From assembly GCA_035221665.1 (NCBI GenBank), contig CM069156.1, forward strand, positions 23,436,001 to 23,500,000: 64,000 nt of DNA, written 5' to 3'. Made by a program: the position numbers and the translations under genes. Under the pieces are notes generated by a model. That model did not search any database and had not been told where the DNA came from. It worked only from the letters and a program-made list of their open reading frames with translations. Shown in pieces: positions 48,210 through 59,300 of the stretch. Every line of letters begins with the position of its first letter. Within the stretch, counting starts at the first letter, position 1. Source of the stretch: Okamejei kenojei. Its lineage: Eukaryota.

Positions 48210-50394
48210 TATACAAATATACTTGGCTTGAGAGTTTCTGGTTAAACTATGGGCAGAGGTGCCTCCAAAATAGTACTAATTCACTGAGGGCGCAGCCCCG
48301 AAGTGAATGTACTATTTGGAGGCACCGAGGCCCATAGTTTAAACCAGAAACTCGAAATAAGCCAAGGATTTTGTTTTTATATTTGGGATCAAACATTTAC
48401 AAGAATAATTGCTTACCTTAAGTTGTTTACAAATTTACATCGCGCGCTATACTCCCGAGTGAAGTAGAGAAATTATAAACGCAAGCGGAGAGCGGGAGAT
48501 TTTCCGAAAATGCCCTTTCAGCAAGATCGCCCGCTGAAAGGGCATTTTCGAAAATCTCCCGCTCTCCCTCTTGCGTATAATTTCTCTCTACTTTACTCGG
48601 AGTATAGCGCGCATGTAAATTTTGTAAACAAGTTCAATCGTCTGCTCGATACGAAGATGGCGGCTCCAGTACTAGCGATTTGGTCAGTTTTTACTGACGA
48701 AGATTTGATGACTTTATTACTTTCAGTGGATAGTGAAAACACGCAAAAACAAATCAAATATGGAATGTCAGTTTTTCGGCAATTTTGTTCGGAGATGGGG
48801 TTAAAATTACAATTGAGCAGATTTTAGGCCTCGAAACCTTGAAGGAATCTTGTCACAGTTCAAACGCTGGAGCGCGAAACAAGAAGGGAGAGCTGTACAC
48901 GAAGAAGTCAATCAAGCGATTCGGTTTGCGCTTCAACGCCAATTTTAGAAACCAGAGGAGTGACATTGTGAAACTGAGCAATTTTCTCGTTCTCACAAGA
49001 TTTTTAAGGCTCTTCTGTAAAACTGAAGACCAGCGGTAAGGCCAATGTAAAGCATTACCCCCCTATCACTAATGATGATATGGCACTTATCCAAGCCAGT
49101 CTCAATTTAAACACGGCTGTTGGTTGCAAAGAAAGTGTTTTCTAGATACAAAGATATACTTTGCAAACCGAGGAATGGAAATGTGAGACAGATGAAAGGT
49201 GAGGATTTTGTTCTTCATGTGGAAGGTGACATTGAATACTACACTCTTCGTGACATGCATACCAAAACCATCAAACTGATGAAGAGGAAAGTCAAGGAGG
49301 ACAAATGCATGCTCTCAAAGGAAACCCAAGGTCCCTGTTATGAACATGAAAAATTACTTATCCAAATTAAACCCTCTCTGTGAGTGGATGTTCAGAGGCC
49401 AAAACAGACTGTTTCTGTTAAAGTCTGACCGTGGTACGCCAATTCACCTTTGGGGAAATGCACCTCTCGCTAACATGACAAGTGTCATCTGTGAAGCTGC
49501 TGGTTTTTCAAAACATTATACGAATCATTCTTGCGACAACTAGCATCACTTTGCTAGACCATGCAGGACATGCATCTAGAGATATTATGTCTGTATCATC
49601 ACCGTTCTGAGACCTCGATAAAGAATATGCACGTTACCTTGAGCATACCAAGCGCCAGATGTCTGACACCCTGTCTGCAATTCATCCTGATCAACCATCA
49701 ACATCAGATGATAAAGAAAATGCCATTGAAGGTGATGGTGCAGATTTTGCGATTGGGGGATCAATCAAACAGTCCCCAACTGAACGTTAAAGAATTGTCG
49801 ATCAACATCCACAACATACCACACGTCAGCACAACACAACCGGAGCGGATTTTTAGAACAATGAACATGAACCAGCAAAATCTCCAGCCCCACAATACCA
49901 TTTCCATGCCGTTGTAAATTTTTTACAACAATTACCAGCATAACAAAAAACAAACAGATGTAAATATTGTAAATAGATGTGAAACAATGGTTTGACTTTT
50001 CAAGAAGTTTCCCTGAAACACTTGATTTCATTGAATTTATTCTTGTTTAAATGGCTTGTTTAAATGTTTTGATCGCAAATATAAAAAAATACCTTGGCCT
50101 TATTTGAGTTTCTGGTTAAACTATTTGCCCGGGCATGAAATTATTTTATCAGCGGCGATCTCCCGACGAAAGCGGCAGAGTTGGAGTCAACTGCATCGAG
50201 ACGAGAGGTGGCGCTGTAGCCGTGCAGCGCGAGAGTTCCCTTACATATGACATGATTTATAGAATTGCTATTTACAAAATATATGTTTGTAAATAGTACA
50301 TCGTTGGATCAGCGTATCTAAAATATTATTATATCAAATCACGAACGCTCTCTCGACCAAATCGCTGGAGGATAAATGTTTGATCCCGAATATA
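48210..50394. mobile_element. Second Crypton-like element, rearranged, inserted in (TA)n
   Basis: Terminal hairpin 48213-48374; inverted repeat 48378-48399/50373-50394; degenerate YR gene; TA arrays on both flanks. Confidence 0.82.
48657..49990 (+). pseudogene. Crypton-type tyrosine recombinase, frameshifted, homologous to 19195-20604
   Basis: DSENTQKQIKYGMSVFRQF, ARNKKGELYTKKS, FANRG, HYTNHS, LLDHAGHASRDIM, HRSETSIK pieces across frames. Confidence 0.85.
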
Positions 50395-50429
50395 AATATA
50401 TATATATATATATATATGTAATCAAGGTT

Positions 50430-51780
50430 AATATGGGACCCACAGTGTCAGACTGGGGAATAGCAGGAAACAACAAAAATGATGGATGAGTGGGGAGCAC
50501 TGCAAATATTCTAAAGACAACAGATGGCTACTTTCAAACAAAAAGGGAAAAACTGGTAACAATTCCTTCCTAAATGTGACTAGATACTGTAAAAAACGAA
50601 CGACCTACATTCAGGTGTTCTTTTGAAAAGAGATGTCTGCAGAGATAATGGATTTATCGGATTAAGTTTTTCCAACGCTCACCAAGTTCCAGGAGGGTAC
50701 CACCATATTGCAAAAACACAAATATTCAAGGAGGCACGGGAAAAAAAAAGCAGGAAACTATAGGCCAGATAACTCAATAGCTACTGTTATGTTGCCAGAA
50801 TCCACAACCAACATGAAATTAAGTGAGTCATTTCAAAAAATGTAATGCAATCAAACAAAGTCAATGTGGTTTTGACAATTGAGTTATTTGTGGAACTAAG
50901 AGTTGATACAAACTTACCTGTAAGTGTGGTATATTTAGATTTCCAGAAAGCATTTGTGTTGGTGTCACATGAAATGTTGATACATAAGACTTACATTGCT
51001 AAGGGAAGTATACTAGCATGTACACAAAGTGCTGAAGTAACTCAGTAGGTCAGGCAGCATCTCTGGGGAACACAAGATAGGTGACATTTCAGGTCGGGAT
51101 CCTTCTTCAGACATGACCTAAAACGTCACCTAGCCATATTCTCCAGAGTTGCTGCCTGGACATTGTGTAACTGCATTTTTGTAAACCCGCATCTGCAATT
51201 TATTGCTTCTACAAGTATACTAGCATGGATCGAAAATTAGTTATCAGACAGAAGACATCTCTAAAATATGCAGTTTGGTCATTGTAAATTGCCCCCAGTG
51301 TAGATGCATGGTAGACTTGAATGGATGTAACTGAATGAGTGCCCCAATAATCAGCACATGGGCCTGAATGATTTACTATTTAGTTTAATTTCCCAGAGGA
51401 GGAGATGAATGTAATTTCTCCAAATTTGCTGATAACAGAAAAATACCAGGGAGGCCATGTTGCAGCAGGATATTGATAGGTTGACTGACTGGACAAAACT
51501 TGGTAAAGTAAGTTTATGTGGAAAAGTGCGAGGTCATGTACTTCTGAAAGTTGTACCTACAGGCAGACTTATCAAAATGACAGAGAGTACAAAAAGATCA
51601 AATTGTTCTCGTGCATCAATTGCCAAAAGCGAACAAGCAACTGCAGTGAGTAGTTAGAAAGTCAAGTGACTCACTGGACTTATTGTAAGGTGGTTTGTGG
51701 TTCGGAAATGAGTATGTACTGTTATAATTGTACAGGTGTCAATGAGGCCACACCTAGAGAATTGTGGACAGAAGTGGAGG
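50430..51780 (+). mobile_element. Old CR1 LINE fragments with a Penelope-type insertion
   Basis: GNYRP, VVYLDFQKAF, KFADN, LQQDIDRL motifs. Confidence 0.7.
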
Positions 51781-53829
51781 GGAGTTGAAACCTAGCAAAC
51801 ATAAGATAATTAGTCTTATCACAACATTTCAGCCTTTCGAGTCCACGCCAATCAAAACATCCTTTTTTTTTAAACTGATCCTACTCTGATCTATTTTATT
51901 TTCCCCACATTCTCAACTCCTTCCAGATGCTACCATTTATCTATACTAGATGCAATTTACAGTGGTTAATTAACCAACCAACACATAGTTTGAACATAGG
52001 AGGAAAATGGAGGAAGCCCATGTGGTCAGAGGGACAGAGTTTGATTACCACACATACAGTGCCAAAGGTCAGACTGAACCCTGGTAATTAGGGCTGTGAA
52101 GCAGCTCTTCTACTGGCTGCACTGTTGTGTTGCCCAAATGAATGACGGAGCAGGAGAGGGGCCAGGGGACATATTTTTTTCTTCTTGTGGCTTGTTTACT
52201 TACTGCTAATAACAAAAACTGCTGAGCAGTACAGATGAGTTTCCTTGATGTTTTCCACCAAAGACCTTGAACTTTATTGATTTCTGATTTTATTAATGAT
52301 GCAGCAATACTTGAATATTATATAAACTAAATACTCCATTAAATACCTGCAATTTGGAAAAATAAAGAAATAATGGACTCAATCTATTAAACAAAGTACC
52401 GAATTATAATTTCAAAGTGAAAGCTCCCTGAACAATGGTCCCAAACCAAAACAGCACCTATCTATGTTCTTCAGCGATGCTGTCTGACCCACTGACGTAG
52501 GCCAGCACTTTGTAGCTGATTAAGTCTAACCAGTTCTGATGTTAATATGGTCCGGAAAGTCAGTGTACCAGCTAAGTACAATTAGACCAATGGGAGGATT
52601 TAGGAGTTTATAAAATCCATATATTAGAATTATGAATGACATTATCACGTATCGACTGAAACTGAGATCACCACTAGACCATTTGAAGCAGGCTTTGAAG
52701 TCTGCATGCTCTAGCTCTGTCGTAGGGTATGCCATCAATCAACTTAATAATCCTACCACAACCAGAGAGCAGTGCTGAACTACTATCTATCTCTGGTAAC
52801 CTTCGGATTTTCCTTGATTGGACTTTGCTGGCATTACATTGCACTAAACGTTATTCGCTTATCATATATCTATCTATACACTGTAAATGGGTCGATGGTA
52901 ATCATGTATTGTCTTTCTGATGACTGGATTGCATGCAACAAAAGCTTTTCACTGTACCTCAGTGCACGTGACAATAAAGTAAACTGAACCGAACTGTGGC
53001 ACAGACAATAACAATGAAATAACCTTAAATTAACAAGACAGTATAATTCATGGACACATTTGGTTTACTTGGATCAGAGCACACAGCAATGGACCTCTTT
53101 GTAAAACATATCCATAATATGCAGTAAAATGATTCATTTGAACTGTTAATTATCACAAAATATGGAGTTTTTGTATTTCATTCCAGTATTCAGCTCAAGA
53201 ATTTAAGATCTAGCAAAGCATGTATAATCTCAAAAGTTAAATGCATTTATTATTAAACATTCCAGGTCATCTTGGATTTATGGTTTACCTCCATTGTTTT
53301 AGGCCTAGGTGCAGGTACCCAACCTGTCTGCCAGAGTACAGCGTGTAATCATGGGATGGATGGGACATTTATTTTCAGCAACCGCTCTATGCATTGTCTT
53401 GTGACATTATTACATTACTCATCAATTAAAGATTGAAAAAAATAGCTGCTTGAAACGTACTAACAGAGTATTCTCGATAAATAAAGACAGAAGAATGTAG
53501 CAATATTACGCATAAATGTGTGACACATTAAAGGGCAAACTTGATATCCCTGTATGTTCTACTTCCTACCCTCAACTTTAGATACTAACACCAACAATTT
53601 TACTGAGAAAGTAAGAAAGAGCCATTCGCAGGGTGAAGAATGAGCTCTGCTTAATTTTTAATTCAGCTTTGTCAACCAGCATAATCATCTGTATTAAATG
53701 CATCTCTACATTTATGATTTACAGACTCAAAAACAATTGAGAAAGCTTCAAATTTTACAATATATTATTGTAGGATACAGGATGTAACTTTCTAGTTTGG
53801 CAACTTTCAAACGTAACTACAATAACATC

Positions 53830-54445
53830 AGAAAGACAGAAATCGCCTCCTGATCATCAACAGCGTCATGTTCCTGGGCGTGCATATCTCTGAAGGTATG
53901 TTCTGTGCCCAATCACAAATTAAGCTCATCAATGCCTCTACTTCCAGAGATGATAGAGGAGATTTGGTGTGTTGACAAATACTCCATTGAACTGCTACAG
54001 GTGTATGGTGGAAAACATATTGACAGCTTGCATCATGGTCTGGTTAGGCAACTCAAATGCCCATGAACAAAGATAACAGAGAGTGGTTGACACTGTCCAG
54101 TCCATCACAGATACTGACCACCCCACCATAGAAGGGATTAACAGGCACAGCCTCAAAATGGAAGCCTATATCATAGATCCATACCTGAAAACTGTGACCA
54201 CCAGTTTAAAATACGTTTTTCCCCCCAACAACTTTCAGGCTCCTGAACACTACACAAAATTAACCTCAACAAGTATGAACTTCTAAAAACTTTCTTGATT
54301 GCACTAAGGACTTTGTTTTTTTATCTTCCTCTAATATTATGGTTATGAATTTAATTAACCTTTCCAAAACATTACATTATCTGTGTATATTGCATTTACA
54401 GGCATGCTAAGCCGCTGCAAGTAAGAATTTAATTGTTCTGTTGGA
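53830..54445 (+). mobile_element. Rex1/Babar LINE 3' fragment, target of the second DIRS
   Basis: FLGVHIS, VVDTVQSIT; GTAAGAATTTAATTGTTC tail. Confidence 0.65.
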
Positions 54446-54770
54446 AAACCTCAATTTTACTTCTGAGTCACGTGAGTGACTACGTGAAGAAGCCCCGCCA
54501 GGCGCATGCTCGGCATTACGTCGACGCATGTCGATAAGGAACGGGCTGCAGACTTCCGGTGGCGCTATGGAGGGCTAAAGAACAACGCCAGCCAGCTCCT
54601 TGAAATAAACGCTGAAAAATCGGGGAGAAAACGACCTACCTGTTGCTTGCTGCTTCTGTACCGACTGCCGCGAGCGACGTCATCAGGCACACAACTTATT
54701 ATGTCTATGCAGCGCAGTCCCCCCCCCCCCCCCAGATAAACCGAAAAGTCGTGTTACCAGGCAGAAAACG

Positions 54771-56332
54771 GTGGAACAAGAAAAAGGCCCGACTGAAGCC
54801 TCGGGCTCAGGTAGGACGCTATCCCAAGAAGATGTGTCAAAAAAAATAATGAAAAAATCGGAAGGTGAAGATCTTAAAACTTTTATTGCAAGTGAAATTG
54901 CAGACTTAAAGGAGGAAATAAAGCTGGAACTAAAGAGTGAACTTGCAAAAACGAACCAAGAATTAAAGAAGATGAATTTTAAGGAAGAAAAAAAAAAAAT
55001 CAAGGAGGAGATGATGGAGTTAAAGCTTGAAATTAATTCCACGGCTACGAATATATCGGATAAACTGAAGAAAGAAATTGCAGAAATACTCACTGAACAA
55101 GCTGCAAGTATGACAAACGAGACAAATGTTCAAATCAGAAAAGTGGCAACTGATCTTGAAGAAAGGCTGAATCCTGTGGAGGAAGCACTGAATCAACAGA
55201 CGACAGTCATAAAGGACCTTGAAGAACTAGCCGAAACAAGTGCTGAGACTACGGAAAAACTTATCAGAGAAAACCAACGTCTAACTGATCTACTGGGCAA
55301 AATAACTGAAAAATGTACTGAATTGGAAGGTCGCCAGAGAAGACAGAACCTAAGAATTGTGGGTATTTAAGAAGGGAAAGAGGCGGATCAAGATCCCCGA
55401 GAATTCACTGCTAATCTACTGCAAAAAGTTTTATCTCTGGATCAAAAGCCTTCACTTGCTCGAGCACACAGAGTGATGAGACGTCAGACAAGACATGGCG
55501 CTCCCCCAAGACAAATGGTAATAAAAGCAGAGATGCCAACCCTAAATTTAGTTCACAGTAACATTCAACCCATTTGTCCGTAACAAATGGGGTTAAATGC
55601 ATTTCTCTCCGTAACATACTCACTTGGGGTTGTTGCCGGCGGCTATGCGCCTGCGCACTGGTGCAGATCAGCGGGCTGCCGGCGGGCGGGTGCGGCACAT
55701 GCGCACTTGGCAAGGTTGCCGGCGGGTCTGCGCCTGCGCACTGGGTGGGGGTGGGGGTGGGGGGGGAGGCCCGGTGATGGGGCTGCCGCGAGCGGCCGGC
55801 TGGCGGCAAGAAAGTGCCGCTGATCGCGTGGGCCGGCGCCGCCCGGGCTCTGGGCCGGGCGTGGCTGCGAGCTGCCGGGCTGGCAAACCGGGGGCACATG
55901 GCGCCGGCGTTCACCACGGGAGGAACACCGGCGCGGCGGTGTTCCGTAACAGCATGTTTGGCTGCCGGAACACCGTAAAAAGGTTATTACGCCGGGACAA
56001 AATACGGTGAATCCGGGACACTTGGCATCTCTGTAAAAGTCCAGTACGACTATGTCCTGGAGGAGATAATGCAAAAAATTGCAAGAAACAGAAATCTTAC
56101 ATTTGAAGGAGACGGGATCAGTATCTATCGAGACTACCCAGCAGAGGTCTCCAGGAAACGAAAAGCGTTTAATGAGACCAAAAGAATCTTGACGGAAGTG
56201 AAGAACTTGAGATATGGTCTGAGGTATCCAGCTACCCTAAGAGTCACCTACAATCAGAATGAACACTTTTTCACCAACCCTGTGGAGGCACTGGATTTTG
56301 CCCAGAAGACTAAGGTTCGAGAGGAAGCTTGA
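54771..56332 (+). pseudogene. L1 ORF1p (long coiled coil, RRM, CTD), with a stop and a MITE insertion
   Basis: ORFs 54771..55370 and 56069..56332; LEGRQRRQNLRIVG; IYRDYPAEV; YPATLRVT. Confidence 0.88.
55528..56033. mobile_element. 506-bp GC-rich MITE, hAT-like TIRs, 6-bp TSD
   Basis: TIRs CAGAGATGCCAA and TTGGCATCTCTG; TSD TAAAAG at 55522-55527 and 56034-56039. Confidence 0.88.
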
Positions 56333-59300
56333 ATAATATTTTTAAAACTGAACTTCATCATTGAATAAACTGACTTGGCAGGACTGGATGGAACTAAAGA
56401 CGTGTCTAAGGAAGCTGGAGAAAGATGTGGATCAGAAACTCTCCCATGGATACTAATAATTAGAATAACTGCACTATTAATACAAATAACTAATAAATAC
56501 TAAAACTATAGTGTGGTATCATTACTAATCAGAGTTAATAATTATCACTAATGACTAATATTTATAACTGAATATTTAGAATCAGATAATTAGTAATTAT
56601 AATTGCGTCAAATATAGAGTTTGATTTCATTTGCCCTCCTTTTTTTTAAATTAATTTTTATTTTTATTTTCTTTCTTCCTTTTTTTTTGTTTTTTATTAT
56701 ATTCTTAAATATGTTTTAAATACATGTATGCTCACATTCCCGACTATTGGAACCCGAATATTTTAAAATCCAATATCCCCGGTAAAATACTGTTATGGAA
56801 TAGAAATTCCAAGAAACCAGGGAGCTGGTTAAGTTGGTAACATCAACTACGGAAGTCGGTAGATGGTTAGCCATTCTAGTATGGCTAGCACTAACTACAC
56901 TAATACTAGATGTTGTTTTTTTCTTCTTTGTGCACATTAGTAACCTCTTTTCTCTTATATTATAATCTATCATTATTATTTTCAGTTTGAATGCAGTTAT
57001 AAATTGGATCAAAGGAGATATATACGTGAGAGACTTAAAATTCGTCTATTCGGAGTTCGGGTGTAAGGTCGGGTCTGTCGAACTGAACCATTGGCTCTAT
57101 TATAGACCTCCATAGACAAAAGATGCAAGATTAAAAAATGATATAAGGGGAATGAAGGAATAACGTTTCGTAGCTGGAACGTTAAAGGTATTAATGAACC
57201 AATTAAGAGAGGTAAAGTACTAGCACATTTAAAAGCACTTAAAGCTGATGTAATTTTCATCCAAGAAACACACTTAAAAAAAGTTGCTGAGCATAGGCTG
57301 AAAGCTAAATGGATAGATAAAACGTATCATTCTTCTTTTACACACAAATCCAGAGGCGTAGCAATATTATTTCGTAAAGGCACTTTATTTAAACACACAT
57401 CAACTATAACTGACAGTGATGGTAGATACATTATTGTAATAGGAGAATTAAATGCACAAAAAATGATTTTTGTTAATGTTTATGGACCAAACTTTGATAG
57501 TTCACTGTTCTTTAAGAAAATATTTACTGGGTCTACTTCCAGACTATGTAAATTCTGGAAAGGTCCTACATCCTCCACAACCAAAATTTGGATTACAGGA
57601 ATGTCGGAGACACTTCATCTGGAAAGATTAAGGCTTGGCCTACTGGACAAGTTGGATCTTTTCAGAGGGATATGGTCTCCATTTATTGAATATTTAAAGG
57701 GTCAAAATAGCTCGGTGCGAGAGCCTGACTGAAGCCTGAATGAAGGAATAGATGAAGAATCATACATAACAAACCATGGATGTACCTCCAACGATGGATA
57801 TCCTGTTTAACAATCCACTCATGTTTTTGATTTTCTATTTTTACTTTATTTCTCTCTATTTTTTCCCATCTGCGTTAAAAACTAAAAAATGTATAGAAGT
57901 ACAAACAAGACATAATTGTTAAATATTAATAATATTAAGAATGTATGTGACAAGTATATTCTTCTTTTAATATATACTTACTTCTAATAAAAATATTTAA
58001 CAGAAGGAACGGGCTGCAGATCGCAGCTCCACCAGTGGTAACAGGCCCGCAGGTAAGTGGGTTTGAAATTACTTCCTAGGAGTGTAAACTCCATGACGCT
58101 GGCTGGAATAGTCAGGAGGAGTTTGCAAAGTAAAAATGTATACTGGAAAAAAAAAAATAAATAAATTAAAAAAAAATCGGCGCGGGGAAAGCGCGCGTCC
58201 CGGGTGGAAGCACAATTAGATCGGGACCACAGATTAGTAAGGAGCCGGTTCCGATACCGGTAGCCGTTGACCCAGCCGTAGTTCAGCCTTTAGACACACC
58301 ACAGCCACAGGCCACTGAGGTTACTCCAGTGGAGAGGGAAAACAAAAGGAAGTCTGCTAGGCCTGTAGTATCAGATAAGTCTGATAAAGAATAGGCAGGG
58401 CCAGACAGACGAGCCCTGTGGCTCAGGATGGACCAAATGGAGAAAATGCTCCAAACAATTATCAACCAAGGGTCCAAAGACCCAGAGTATTCCCAGGCAG
58501 CCCTGAGGGGGTTCCATATCATGAATATGGTGCCTTTACAACATGGGAATGTGAACCTCCAGAGCCTTGTTTAGGTCTGGAAGAAGTCTCCTTGAGCAAG
58601 TCTCAGGAGTACCAGGGCGGCAAGAGACTGACCCTGAAGGTGGTGTTTCTGGTCTTGAATACCCACCACAGCACAAGAGTCAAACTACAGGTGTACCAGA
58701 TGTAGCACAATCCTTTGCTATACCAGAGGGGAGCGGTGAGGTCATGGAGAAAATCTGGCGGCCAACATTAATTTGGTTTCTCACCAGCTTCAGGAGACTG
58801 TCATGATTGAGACAGCAGACCTCTATAAACACCTGTTAATTGTACATCACTAAGGGTGCCGACGGTGAATTCGGCTATTTGGACACCCATGATTTCAACA
58901 ATGCGAGGACTGGAGATACAGTTCCAGAGGGTCCTCAAGCTCATTGCAGCTGACATTACTGCTTTTGGGAGGCAGTTGGAGGGGCATGCTATGTCCAAAA
59001 TCCCAAAAGACATGTTGGCATAGTTTTGTAACTCTTATTTTGAGATTAATTGTATGAGAAAAATCGCCATTCGGCCCATCCTGCACCCAAGATTTGCAGG
59101 TCTGTGTAAATCAAGCAATGTTCAAGCTCCAGATTATTTATTCGGAGAAAACCTGCCTAAACAAATTAAAAAAATCAATGAGGAGGCAAAGACTGTCAGC
59201 CTCATGAAACCTTTCATATTTGGCCAAAGGAGACAATCTGGCTGGATGATAAGGGGGTTTGATTCAGGAGCAGGAACAAGCAGAGGCATGGGTATGGTGA

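Larger units (their letters stand above)
54553..58003 (+). mobile_element. L1-clade LINE with intact ends but most of ORF2 deleted
   Basis: 17-bp TSD AAGGAACGGGCTGCAGA at 54536-54552 and 58004-58020; ORF1 ~54771-56332; ORF2 ATG at 57123; endonuclease joined to the C-terminal tail at ~57530; AATAAA ~57986. Confidence 0.9.

Noticed and set aside
55411-56074. Several 120-170 aa Ala/Arg/Pro/Gly-rich ORFs
   Set aside because: They arise from the stop-poor, GC-rich MITE.
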